The notes below the pieces were generated by a model that had not been told where the DNA came from, did not search any database, and saw only the letters and a program-made list of their open reading frames with translations. From the sequence record ON528738: DNA of 64,000 nt; one strand, written 5' to 3'. The stretch is from Shigella phage ESh28. Positions 39,610 through 48,255 of the stretch are shown one piece after another. Positions within the stretch are counted from its first letter, which is position 1. Each line of letters opens with the position of its first letter. The translations under genes and the position numbers were made by a program.

Positions 39610-39990
39610 ATGAAAATCGCTATTTTGGTTATTGCATTAGGTCTTACTGGTTGTGTAGCTCAAGGACCGGTAGTAAATCAGTCTGATGTAGGAAAAATTG
39701 TAAACTGTTCAAGCAAGTTTTATAATCCTAATGTCAAGTGTTATAAAGAAGCTCCAAAGCAGACAGTAGAACAAATGCAGGCGAATTTTGACGAAGCTAT
39801 TCGTCCAGATGAATCTGCTCAAGCATATCGTAATTCGGATGTAATTACACGCGAAGAAAAAATTGAAAACTACTGTGCAGAACTTTGGGCAAATTGGGCT
39901 AATAATTATCAATGGCGTACAGGTAAAAATGCTCCGATGGAGTATGTAGTGAATTCTTATAATTCATGTGTAAAAAATTTGACTAAGTGA
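39610..39990 (+). CDS. predicted lipoprotein
   Basis: Signal peptide with lipobox L-T-G-C (MKIAILVIALGLTGCVAQ); start is the cassette ATG after GGAG. Confidence 0.55.
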   Translation: MKIAILVIALGLTGCVAQGPVVNQSDVGKIVNCSSKFYNPNVKCYKEAPKQTVEQMQANFDEAIRPDESAQAYRNSDVITREEKIENYCAELWANWANNYQWRTGKNAPMEYVVNSYNSCVKNLTK

Positions 39991-39997
39991 GGAAAAC

Positions 39998-40249
39998 ATG
40001 GAAACTTTAGTAGCAGGTTCAATTTTTATGGTTTTAGTTTCAGGTGTGTTGGCTATTATTATATACATGCTTCCATGGTTCATTGCCTTGATGCGTGGGT
40101 CAAAATCGACAGTAGGAATCTTTTTCACATCTTTACTGTTTAACTGGTCAATTATTGGTTGGTTTATTACATTTATTTGGTCAATTGCGGGTGAAACTAA
40201 AAAGTCTGCACAACCAAATCAGGTAATTATCATCAGAGAGAAGGAATGA
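39998..40249 (+). CDS. imm: superinfection immunity protein Imm
   Basis: 83 aa two-TM protein; sequence and position (between 43 and 42) match T4 Imm. Confidence 0.8.
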   Translation: METLVAGSIFMVLVSGVLAIIIYMLPWFIALMRGSKSTVGIFFTSLLFNWSIIGWFITFIWSIAGETKKSAQPNQVIIIREKE

Positions 40250-40395
40250 AAAGCAAAATTATAACAGTGTTGCTTTTAATCTTGATGATTATAATAAGTA
40301 TATACTATAGTGTAACGGTTCCTCCTATGATTCCAACTATTATTTTAGGTTGGGGTTTATTACTGTTACAAGTTAAATATGAATGTATCAATTGA
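40246..40395 (+). CDS. possible small membrane peptide (49 aa)
   Basis: Untracked hydrophobic ORF, ATGA overlap with imm stop. Confidence 0.35.
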   Translation: MKSKIITVLLLILMIIISIYYSVTVPPMIPTIILGWGLLLLQVKYECIN

Positions 40396-40402
40396 GGTTT
40401 AA

Positions 40403-41143
40403 ATGATTAGTGACTCTATGACAGTTGAAGAAATCCGTCTTCATTTGGGGCTTGCATTAAAAGAAAAAGATTTCGTAGTTGATAAAACTGGTGTTAAAAC
40501 TATTGAAATTATTGGCGCATCATTTGTAGCAGATGAACCGTTTATTTTTGGCGCTCTTAATGATGAATACATTCAGCGTGAACTTGAATGGTACAAGTCT
40601 CAAAGTCTGTTTGTTAAAGATATTCCAGGTGAAACACCAAAGATTTGGCAGCAGGTAGCATCTTCTAAAGGCGAAATTAACTCGAATTATGGTTGGGCTA
40701 TTTGGTCAGAAGATAACTATGCCCAGTATGATATGTGTTTAGCTGAACTTGGTCAAAATCCTGATTCTCGACGTGGCATCATGATTTATACTCGTCCATC
40801 TATGCAGTTTGACTACAATAAAGATGGTATGTCAGATTTCATGTGTACGAATACAGTACAGTACCTGATTCGTGATAAGAAAGTCAATGCAGTAGTAAGC
40901 ATGCGCTCAAATGACGTGGTCTTCGGATTCCGCAATGATTATGCATGGCAAAAATACGTACTAGATAAATTAGTATCTGATTTGAATGCAGGCGATTCAA
41001 CTCGTCAGTATAAAGCAGGTTCTATTATATGGAATGTCGGAAGTCTTCATGTATATTCTCGTCATTTTTACTTGGTTGATCATTGGTGGAATACTGGCGA
41101 AACTCATATTGTGAAAAAAGATTATAACGGTGAGTGGAAATGA
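40403..41143 (+). CDS. 42: dCMP hydroxymethylase gp42
   Basis: 246 aa; thymidylate-synthase-like fold; matches T4 gp42. Confidence 0.9.
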   Translation: MISDSMTVEEIRLHLGLALKEKDFVVDKTGVKTIEIIGASFVADEPFIFGALNDEYIQRELEWYKSQSLFVKDIPGETPKIWQQVASSKGEINSNYGWAIWSEDNYAQYDMCLAELGQNPDSRRGIMIYTRPSMQFDYNKDGMSDFMCTNTVQYLIRDKKVNAVVSMRSNDVVFGFRNDYAWQKYVLDKLVSDLNAGDSTRQYKAGSIIWNVGSLHVYSRHFYLVDHWWNTGETHIVKKDYNGEWK

Positions 41144-41982
41144 TTCAATTCGTAATTCCAAGCTATCAACGTGTAGGGGCAGTTTCTGCCCTTGATATGT
41201 TTCCGACTGATTATGAACCGCATATTGTAGTGCGTGAACACGAAGAAAAAGCTTATTATGATGCCTATGGGTCTAGAGCTAAAATTATAACTATTCCTGA
41301 TGATGTTAATGGAATTTCCGGTACTCGTAAAGCAATTACTGATATGTATGCAGGTCAACGAATCTGGATGATTGACGATGATACTACTATTCGTATGAGT
41401 TCAATACGAAAAAGAGATGATCGCCGATGTGTAGATAAAATTAATCAATTAACTCGTGAACAGTTCTATGAATTGATTCAATACGTTGAGGATGCCATGG
41501 ATTGTGGGTATTATCATGGCCATGCTCGTCTACCAATTTTTAAAATTACTTCATCTTGGGGTAATTATCGTGAAAATTCATATGGATTCACAAATACATG
41601 GTATGACCTTGGAAAACTTACGACAGAACAAATTGGGTATGGAAAAATTGATTTATGTGAAGATATGTATGCATTTCTCAATTTAATTAATCAAGGTTAT
41701 CCGCATTTGGCCTTGTTCAAATATCTGGTTGTATCTGGAAAAGCACAGGCTCCTGGCGGGTGCAGTTCAATTCGTAGTAATTCTAAACATAATAGAGCGC
41801 TTGAGCAAATCAATAGAGAGTTTCCAGAGCAAGCTCGTTGGAAAACTTCTAATATTGAAAAACGAAAATCGTTGGGTGAAGAAGACGAACCATTAAAGGT
41901 TCTTCGCATGTGTGTTTCGCGCAAAGAAAAATCAGAAGCATTTCATAAGTTTAATGTTATTCATCCAATAGCAGTTGATTAA
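41140..41982 (+). CDS. glycosyltransferase at the beta-gt position; candidate beta-glucosyl-HMC-alpha-glucosyltransferase (T2/T6 type)
   Basis: About 280 aa, unlike T4 beta-gt (351 aa, MKIAIINMG...); occupies slot between 42 and uvsX; DDD motif. Confidence 0.55.
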   Translation: MIQFVIPSYQRVGAVSALDMFPTDYEPHIVVREHEEKAYYDAYGSRAKIITIPDDVNGISGTRKAITDMYAGQRIWMIDDDTTIRMSSIRKRDDRRCVDKINQLTREQFYELIQYVEDAMDCGYYHGHARLPIFKITSSWGNYRENSYGFTNTWYDLGKLTTEQIGYGKIDLCEDMYAFLNLINQGYPHLALFKYLVVSGKAQAPGGCSSIRSNSKHNRALEQINREFPEQARWKTSNIEKRKSLGEEDEPLKVLRMCVSRKEKSEAFHKFNVIHPIAVD

Positions 41983-42006
41983 TGCCTAAATTTATTGTGT
42001 TATAAT
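41983..42006 (+). promoter_or_regulatory. candidate middle promoter upstream of uvsX
   Basis: MotA-box-like TGCCTAA about 11 bp upstream of TATAAT. Confidence 0.4.
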
Positions 42007-42059
42007 TACTCTATCTTTAACCAGTGAGGAAAATATAATGATGCCTATGGAAAAAATGA

Positions 42060-43241
42060 ATGTCTATTGCAGATTTAAAATCCCGTTTGATTAAAGCTTC
42101 CACTTCTAAAATGACTGCTGAACTGACTACATCTAAATTCTTTAATGAAAAGGATGTAATTCGTACAAAAATTCCAATGCTTAATATTGCTATTTCTGGT
42201 GCGATTGATGGCGGTATGCAGTCTGGTTTAACTATTTTCGCAGGGCCTTCTAAACACTTTAAATCAAATATGTCTTTGACTATGGTTGCGGCATATTTAA
42301 ACAAATATCCTGACGCGGTTTGTCTATTCTATGATAGTGAATTTGGTATTACTCCAGCTTATTTGCGATCCATGGGAGTTGACCCGGAACGAGTAATTCA
42401 TACGCCAATCCAGTCAGTTGAACAGCTGAAAATTGATATGGTGAATCAGCTTGAAGCTATTGAGCGCGGTGAAAAAGTTATTGTATTCATCGACTCAATC
42501 GGTAATATGGCTTCTAAGAAAGAAACGGAAGATGCCTTGAATGAAAAATCTGTGGCAGATATGACTCGTGCTAAATCACTGAAGTCATTATTCCGTATTG
42601 TTACTCCTTACTTTAGCATTAAAAATATTCCATGTGTTGCGGTTAACCATACAATTGAAACAATTGAAATGTTTAGTAAAACCGTGATGACAGGTGGTAC
42701 AGGCGTAATGTATTCGGCTGATACCGTATTCATTATCGGTAAGCGTCAGATTAAAGATGGTTCTGATCTTCAGGGGTATCAATTTGTTCTAAATGTAGAA
42801 AAATCTCGTACCGTTAAAGAAAAAAGTAAATTCTTTATTGATGTTAAATTTGATGGTGGTATCGATCCTTATTCTGGATTGTTAGATATGGCTCTAGAAT
42901 TAGGATTTGTGGTAAAACCTAAAAATGGCTGGTATGCTCGTGAATTTCTTGATGAAGAAACTGGCGAGATGATTCGCGAAGAAAAATCTTGGCGCGCAAA
43001 AGATACCAACTGCACTACATTCTGGGGTCCTTTATTTAAGCATCAACCATTCCGAGATGCTATTAAACGTGCTTATCAGTTAGGTGCTATTGATAGTAAT
43101 GAAATTGTTGAAGCTGAAGTTGATGAATTGATTAACTCAAAGGTTGAAAAATTTAAATCTCCGGAAAGTAAAAGTAAATCAGCTGCTGATTTAGAAACTG
43201 ACCTCGAGCAGTTAAGTGATATGGAAGAATTTAATGAATAA
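42060..43241 (+). CDS. uvsX: recombinase UvsX (RecA-like)
   Basis: 393 aa; Walker A GPSKHFKS; near-identical to T4 UvsX. Confidence 0.95.
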   Translation: MSIADLKSRLIKASTSKMTAELTTSKFFNEKDVIRTKIPMLNIAISGAIDGGMQSGLTIFAGPSKHFKSNMSLTMVAAYLNKYPDAVCLFYDSEFGITPAYLRSMGVDPERVIHTPIQSVEQLKIDMVNQLEAIERGEKVIVFIDSIGNMASKKETEDALNEKSVADMTRAKSLKSLFRIVTPYFSIKNIPCVAVNHTIETIEMFSKTVMTGGTGVMYSADTVFIIGKRQIKDGSDLQGYQFVLNVEKSRTVKEKSKFFIDVKFDGGIDPYSGLLDMALELGFVVKPKNGWYAREFLDEETGEMIREEKSWRAKDTNCTTFWGPLFKHQPFRDAIKRAYQLGAIDSNEIVEAEVDELINSKVEKFKSPESKSKSAADLETDLEQLSDMEEFNE

Positions 43242-43578
43242 AGATGATTTAGACTTAGATCTAGAAATTATCGATGAATCCCCCTCTTCGGAGGGGGAAG
43301 AAGAAAGAAAAGAACGTCTTTTTAATGAATCTCTTAAGATAATTAAATCCGCTATGGAAAATGTTATCCAGGAGATTGTCATTAAACTAGAAGATGGTTC
43401 TACGCATATAGTATATGTAACAAAACTGGATTGGGTTAATGGAAAGGTTGTAATGGACTTTGCTGTTCTTGACCAAGAAAGAAAAGCTGAGTTAGCTCCT
43501 CATGTAGAAAAATGTATTACAATGCAACTACAAGATGCATTTAATAAAAGGTCAAAGAAAAAATTTAAATTCTTTTAA
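43234..43578 (+). CDS. 40: gp40-like head vertex assembly protein (positional call)
   Basis: ORF between uvsX and 41; ATG overlapping uvsX stop. Confidence 0.5.
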   Translation: MNKDDLDLDLEIIDESPSSEGEEERKERLFNESLKIIKSAMENVIQEIVIKLEDGSTHIVYVTKLDWVNGKVVMDFAVLDQERKAELAPHVEKCITMQLQDAFNKRSKKKFKFF

Positions 43579-43587
43579 GGAGTAAGT

Positions 43588-45015
43588 GTGGTAGAAATTA
43601 TTCTTTCTCATCTCATATTTGATCAAGCTTATTTTTCAAAAGTTTGGCCATATATGGATTCAGAATATTTTGAAAGTGGTCCAGCTAAAAATACGTTCAA
43701 ATTAATTAAATCTCATGTTAATGAGTATCATAGCGTTCCATCTATTAATGCGTTAAATGTTGCATTAGAAAATAGTTCATTTACTGAAACGGAATATTCT
43801 GGTGTAAAAACACTTATTTCAAAACTAGCCGATTCTCCAGAAGACCACAGCTGGTTAATAAAAGAAACAGAAAAATATGTTCAGCAAAGGGCGATGTTTA
43901 ATGCTACGTCTAAAATAATCGAAATTCAAACTAATGCTGAGCTTCCTCCGGAAAAACGAAATAAGAAAATGCCGGATGTTGGTGCTATTCCTGACATCAT
44001 GCGTCAAGCATTATCAATTTCATTTGATAGCTACGTTGGTCATGATTGGATGGATGACTACGAAGCACGCTGGCTATCTTATATGAATAAAGCTCGTAAG
44101 GTTCCATTTAAACTCAGAATTCTAAACAAAATTACTAAAGGCGGAGCTGAGACTGGAACACTGAACGTTTTAATGGCTGGTGTTAACGTTGGTAAATCAT
44201 TAGGACTTTGTTCATTAGCAGCAGATTATTTGCAGCTTGGTCATAACGTTCTTTATATCTCCATGGAAATGGCAGAAGAAGTCTGTGCTAAGCGTATTGA
44301 TGCTAATATGCTTGATGTTTCTCTTGATGACATTGATGATGGGCATATTTCTTACGCTGAGTATAAAGGAAAAATGGAAAAATGGCGCGAGAAATCTACT
44401 CTCGGTCGTTTAATCGTTAAACAGTATCCTACTGGTGGAGCAGACGCTAATACATTCAGGTCTCTCTTGAACGAATTGAAGCTCAAAAAGAATTTTGTTC
44501 CAACAATCATTATTGTCGACTATCTAGGTATTTGTAAATCTTGCCGCATTAGAGTTTATTCAGAAAATAGTTACACAACTGTTAAAGCTATTGCAGAGGA
44601 ATTGCGTGCTCTGGCTGTTGAAACCGAAACTGTTCTTTGGACTGCAGCACAGGTCGGTAAACAAGCTTGGGACTCTTCTGATGTTAACATGAGCGATATT
44701 GCAGAATCTGCCGGTCTTCCAGCAACGGCTGATTTTATGCTTGCGGTCATTGAAACCGAGGAGCTAGCAGCTGCTGAACAACAACTTATTAAGCAAATCA
44801 AATCACGATATGGCGATAAGAATAAGTGGAATAAGTTTTTGATGGGTGTTCAAAAGGGAAATCAGAAATGGGTAGAAATTGAACAAGATTCTACTCCAAC
44901 CGAAGTGAGTGAAGTAGCAGGTTCACAACAGATTCAGGCTGAACAGAATCGCTATCAAAGAAACGAATCAGCTCGAGCTCAGTTAGATGCTTTGGCAAAT
45001 GAATTAAAATTTTAG
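43588..45015 (+). CDS. 41: replicative helicase gp41 (DnaB-like)
   Basis: 475 aa; Walker A GVNVGKSLG; GTG start; near-identical to T4 gp41. Confidence 0.95.
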   Translation: MVEIILSHLIFDQAYFSKVWPYMDSEYFESGPAKNTFKLIKSHVNEYHSVPSINALNVALENSSFTETEYSGVKTLISKLADSPEDHSWLIKETEKYVQQRAMFNATSKIIEIQTNAELPPEKRNKKMPDVGAIPDIMRQALSISFDSYVGHDWMDDYEARWLSYMNKARKVPFKLRILNKITKGGAETGTLNVLMAGVNVGKSLGLCSLAADYLQLGHNVLYISMEMAEEVCAKRIDANMLDVSLDDIDDGHISYAEYKGKMEKWREKSTLGRLIVKQYPTGGADANTFRSLLNELKLKKNFVPTIIIVDYLGICKSCRIRVYSENSYTTVKAIAEELRALAVETETVLWTAAQVGKQAWDSSDVNMSDIAESAGLPATADFMLAVIETEELAAAEQQLIKQIKSRYGDKNKWNKFLMGVQKGNQKWVEIEQDSTPTEVSEVAGSQQIQAEQNRYQRNESARAQLDALANELKF

Positions 45016-45044
45016 TTTACAAGCTGACAAGACTATGGTATAGT
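45015..45044 (+). promoter_or_regulatory. T4-type early promoter with -10 inside stem-loop
   Basis: GTTTAC; inverted repeat ACAAGACT / AGTCTTGT flanks TATGGTATAGT. Confidence 0.55.
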
Positions 45045-45073
45045 AGTCTTGTTGGTTAAATGAGGAGATTGTT

Positions 45074-45256
45074 ATGGAATTGGTAAAGGTAGTTTTTATG
45101 GGGTGGTTTAAGAATGAAAGTATGTTTACTAAAGAAATCACAATGATGAAAGATGACGTTCAATGGGCTACTACTCAATATGCTGAAGTTAATAAAGCAT
45201 TAGTTAAAGCTTTCATTGATGACAAGAAAGTATGTGAAGTGGATTGCCGAGGATAA
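45074..45256 (+). CDS. dmd: Dmd antitoxin (discriminator of mRNA degradation)
   Basis: 60 aa, MELVKVVFMGWFKNESMFTKEITMMKDDVQWATTQYAEV as recalled for T4 Dmd; position just after 41. Confidence 0.8.
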   Translation: MELVKVVFMGWFKNESMFTKEITMMKDDVQWATTQYAEVNKALVKAFIDDKKVCEVDCRG

Positions 45257-45257
45257 T

Positions 45258-45515
45258 ATGCATATTGTTTTATTTAAACCTACTCCATATAACGTCAGGA
45301 AAAATACTCAATTCAAAGCACTTATTGCAGATACGTGGGAATTGGTGTTAGATATTCCAGCAGAAGAAAGTCCTCCATTTGGTCGAGTGGAATTTATTAA
45401 GTTTGCTGTACGTCCTACGAAGAGACAGATTCGTCAGTGTAAAAGGTATTTTCGTAAAATCGTTAAGCTAGAGAAACAGTTTGTAACATGTGATTATGCA
45501 GAAGTTTTAAAATAG
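45258..45515 (+). CDS. hypothetical protein (61.4-position)
   Basis: Internal ATG after GAGGATAAT, 85 aa. Confidence 0.4.
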   Translation: MHIVLFKPTPYNVRKNTQFKALIADTWELVLDIPAEESPPFGRVEFIKFAVRPTKRQIRQCKRYFRKIVKLEKQFVTCDYAEVLK

Positions 45516-45517
45516 CT

Positions 45518-45547
45518 GTTTACTTTTGTTGGAAATTGATATACTAT
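45518..45547 (+). promoter_or_regulatory. T4-type early promoter
   Basis: GTTTAC ... GATATACTAT upstream of sp. Confidence 0.5.
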
Positions 45548-45575
45548 ATAAACATAAACTACTGAGGAGATTATC

Positions 45576-45869
45576 ATGAAAAAATTTATCTTTGCTACAA
45601 TTTTTGCTTTAGCTTCTTGTGCTGCTCAGCCTGCTATGGCAGGATATGATAAAGATTTGTGTGAATGGTCTATGACTGCAGATCAGACTGAAGTTGAAAC
45701 TCAAATTGAAGCGGATATTATGAATATCGTTGAGCGCGATCGTCCTGAAATGAAAGCTGAAGTGCAAAAACAACTTAAGTCTGGTGGTGTAATGCAGTAT
45801 AATTATGTTCTGTATTGCGATAAAAACTTTAATAACAAAAATATCGTAACCGAAATCACAGGCGAATAA
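45576..45869 (+). CDS. sp: Spackle periplasmic protein Sp
   Basis: 97 aa with signal peptide MKKFIFATIFALASCAAQPAMA; matches T4 Sp. Confidence 0.8.
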   Translation: MKKFIFATIFALASCAAQPAMAGYDKDLCEWSMTADQTEVETQIEADIMNIVERDRPEMKAEVQKQLKSGGVMQYNYVLYCDKNFNNKNIVTEITGE

Positions 45870-45870
45870 T

Positions 45871-46503
45871 ATGATTTATTATATGCACAAAAATCCACCG
45901 TTTAAATACGGTAAATTTCCTGATGCACAATGTTATAACATAACGCCTGATGAAAATAACCGTGGATATCTTATTGGCACAATTTTTGTAATTGTTAAAG
46001 ATAACGAAATCGTTGCCTGGGCAGATTTTAAAGGTACAACATATGATGTTAATCCGGTGCCTTTCACATATTACAATTTAATGGATTTGGCATACGATTA
46101 TAATTGGTTTAATCATGACACGTTGGCTCATATTGAAGGTGTAGGATTTGACATCTCTTATTCTAGCTACTCATTGTGTCCTATGAGTCGGGCTCATAAA
46201 GAACCTGAATATTTTTCATTTAGGAAACGTGTAAACTTTAAACGCAACACAGAGTATGTCGGTGGAATCTTTGTTAAAGATAATCGAATTACTCGCATTA
46301 TTTATCCTTTGGGCTGTGGTCAAAAAGATATTGATGTTGATTTAGACTTTACTGAAAACATCATTAATCATATTGCTTCTGTGTATTTTGGTATCGATCA
46401 CAAAATTGTAATATGTGGATATGAATTACCGTTTGAAGAACAACCTAAAGTAAAAGTTTCTATTGACGATCAAATTTTTAATGCTTTTATGAATAAAGGT
46501 TAA
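45871..46503 (+). CDS. hypothetical protein (61.2-position), shares C-terminal tail with next ORF
   Basis: 210 aa; C terminus ...SIDDQIFNAFMNKG. Confidence 0.5.
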   Translation: MIYYMHKNPPFKYGKFPDAQCYNITPDENNRGYLIGTIFVIVKDNEIVAWADFKGTTYDVNPVPFTYYNLMDLAYDYNWFNHDTLAHIEGVGFDISYSSYSLCPMSRAHKEPEYFSFRKRVNFKRNTEYVGGIFVKDNRITRIIYPLGCGQKDIDVDLDFTENIINHIASVYFGIDHKIVICGYELPFEEQPKVKVSIDDQIFNAFMNKG

Positions 46504-46507
46504 TATG
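46459..46507 (+). repeat. direct repeat copy 1 (about 49 bp)
   Basis: TCTATTGACGATCAAATTTTTAATGCTTTTATGAATAAAGGTTAATATG, repeated at 46817 with 3 mismatches. Confidence 0.75.
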
Positions 46508-46861
46508 TATAGTTCTGAATTTTCATATTTAAAAATGGAAAAAATTTCATACGATTTTATAGATGAAAAGGTTTATTACAGTTTCCATGAACCACGTTTT
46601 AATAGTGAGGTTGGGTTTATTGTAGTAAAAGACAATTTCATTTTAAAGATATATTCGGCATTAAAGGATTTTCACTACGAAAATATTAACCTAAAATTTG
46701 ATAAAGAAAACGTTCGTAATTGTGCAGTAACAATTACAGGAAATAAAGGCACATGTGTTATGCTATCTGATGAAATTAATGATTTGCTAAATGATGCCGA
46801 AAAGGTTGCTATTCCATCTATTGATGACCAAATTTTTAATGCTTTTATGAATAGAGGTTAA
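46505..46861 (+). CDS. hypothetical protein flanked by direct repeats
   Basis: 118 aa; C terminus ...SIDDQIFNAFMNRG encoded by repeat copy 2. Confidence 0.45.
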   Translation: MYSSEFSYLKMEKISYDFIDEKVYYSFHEPRFNSEVGFIVVKDNFILKIYSALKDFHYENINLKFDKENVRNCAVTITGNKGTCVMLSDEINDLLNDAEKVAIPSIDDQIFNAFMNRG

Positions 46862-46865
46862 TATG
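46817..46865 (+). repeat. direct repeat copy 2 (about 49 bp)
   Basis: TCTATTGATGACCAAATTTTTAATGCTTTTATGAATAGAGGTTAATATG. Confidence 0.75.
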
Positions 46866-47027
46866 AAAACATATAAAGAATTTATTAAAGAAGATATGGT
46901 AGCTGGAGATTCAGGTGGTAATCCTGAAAATATCTCTACTGGAACAACATCAGGTGCTGTAGTAAATAAAGGTCCTGAACAGATTCCTAAAAAGAAAAAA
47001 GAGGAATCTAAAGAAAAAGAAGAGTAA
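46863..47027 (+). CDS. small ORF with capsid-targeting-sequence-like N terminus
   Basis: 54 aa; MKTYKEFIKED resembles internal protein CTS; GAGGTTAATATG start; low-complexity Lys/Glu tail. Confidence 0.35.
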   Translation: MKTYKEFIKEDMVAGDSGGNPENISTGTTSGAVVNKGPEQIPKKKKEESKEKEE

Positions 47028-47029
47028 AA

Positions 47030-48058
47030 ATGTCATCAATACCTTGGATTGATAATGAGTTTGCGTATCGTGCATTAGCTCATTTACCTAAATTCACACA
47101 AGTAAATAATAGTTCAACTTTTAAATTGCGGTTTAGATGCCCTGTTTGTGGAGATTCAAAAACCGACCAGAATAAAGCTCGTGGATGGTATTATGGTGAT
47201 AATAATGAAGGAAATATTCATTGTTATAACTGTAACTATCATGCACCAATCGGAATATATTTAAAGGAGTTTGAACCTGATTTATATCGTGAGTATATCT
47301 TTGAAATAAGAAAAGAAAAAGGTAAAAGTCGTCCAATAGAAAAACCTAAAGAACTTCCTAAACAACCTGAGAAGAAAATAATTAAATCTCTTCCGTCATG
47401 CGTTAGATTAGATAAACTGGCGGAAGACCATCCAATTATAAAATATGTAAAAGCTCGTTGTATTCCAAAGGATAAATGGAAATTTCTTTGGTTTACAACC
47501 GAATGGCCTAAATTAGTTAATAGCATAGCACCGGGAACATACAAAAAGGAAATTTCTGAGCCTCGTCTTGTTATTCCAATTTATAATGCTAACGGAAAAG
47601 CCGAGTCTTTTCAAGGACGCGCATTAAAGAAAGATGCTCCTCAAAAATATATCACCATCAAAGCTTATCCTGAGGCAACAAAAATTTACGGTGTTGAACG
47701 AGTTAAAGATGGTGATGTATATGTTCTAGAAGGACCTATAGATTCGCTTTTTATTGAAAATGGTATAGCTATTACGGGTGGTCAATTAGACCTAGAAGTT
47801 GTTCCATTTAAAGATAGACGAGTGTGGGTTTTAGATAATGAACCTCGTCATCCTGACACTATCAAGCGAATGACTAAATTAGTTGATGCAGGAGAAAGGG
47901 TTATGTTTTGGGATAAATCTCCCTGGAAATCAAAAGATGTTAATGATATGATTAGAAAGGAAGGTGCAACCCCTGAACAAATTATGGAATATATGAAAAA
48001 TAATATTGCCCAGGGGTTGATGGCTAAAATGCGGCTATCTAAATATGCTAAGATTTAA
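47030..48058 (+). CDS. 61: DNA primase gp61
   Basis: 342 aa; N-terminal zinc ribbon CPVCGDS ... CYNCNYH; matches T4 gp61. Confidence 0.9.
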   Translation: MSSIPWIDNEFAYRALAHLPKFTQVNNSSTFKLRFRCPVCGDSKTDQNKARGWYYGDNNEGNIHCYNCNYHAPIGIYLKEFEPDLYREYIFEIRKEKGKSRPIEKPKELPKQPEKKIIKSLPSCVRLDKLAEDHPIIKYVKARCIPKDKWKFLWFTTEWPKLVNSIAPGTYKKEISEPRLVIPIYNANGKAESFQGRALKKDAPQKYITIKAYPEATKIYGVERVKDGDVYVLEGPIDSLFIENGIAITGGQLDLEVVPFKDRRVWVLDNEPRHPDTIKRMTKLVDAGERVMFWDKSPWKSKDVNDMIRKEGATPEQIMEYMKNNIAQGLMAKMRLSKYAKI

Positions 48059-48255
48059 ATCAACCCAACTAAAGCAAATGCTAAATCTACGAATGTATCA
48101 AGAGTAACTATTGGAATATTAATACCATGTGCAATTGCAACAGGTGATAGAATAAAGTTCCAGAGTAAAATTCCTACCATAGCAGAAATAGTAAAAGCTA
48201 TACGTTTTTTATTACCTTTTATGGCATTAACAAGTGCCATTAATTTTTGTACCAT
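48055..48255 (-). CDS. small two-helix membrane protein, antisense to the early genes
   Basis: 66 aa hydrophobic ORF on minus strand in the 61-56 gap; strong minus-strand SD TAAGGAGG four nt before ATG; AATAAATA late-promoter-like box upstream. Confidence 0.5.
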   Translation of the reverse strand: MVQKLMALVNAIKGNKKRIAFTISAMVGILLWNFILSPVAIAHGINIPIVTLDTFVDLAFALVGLI

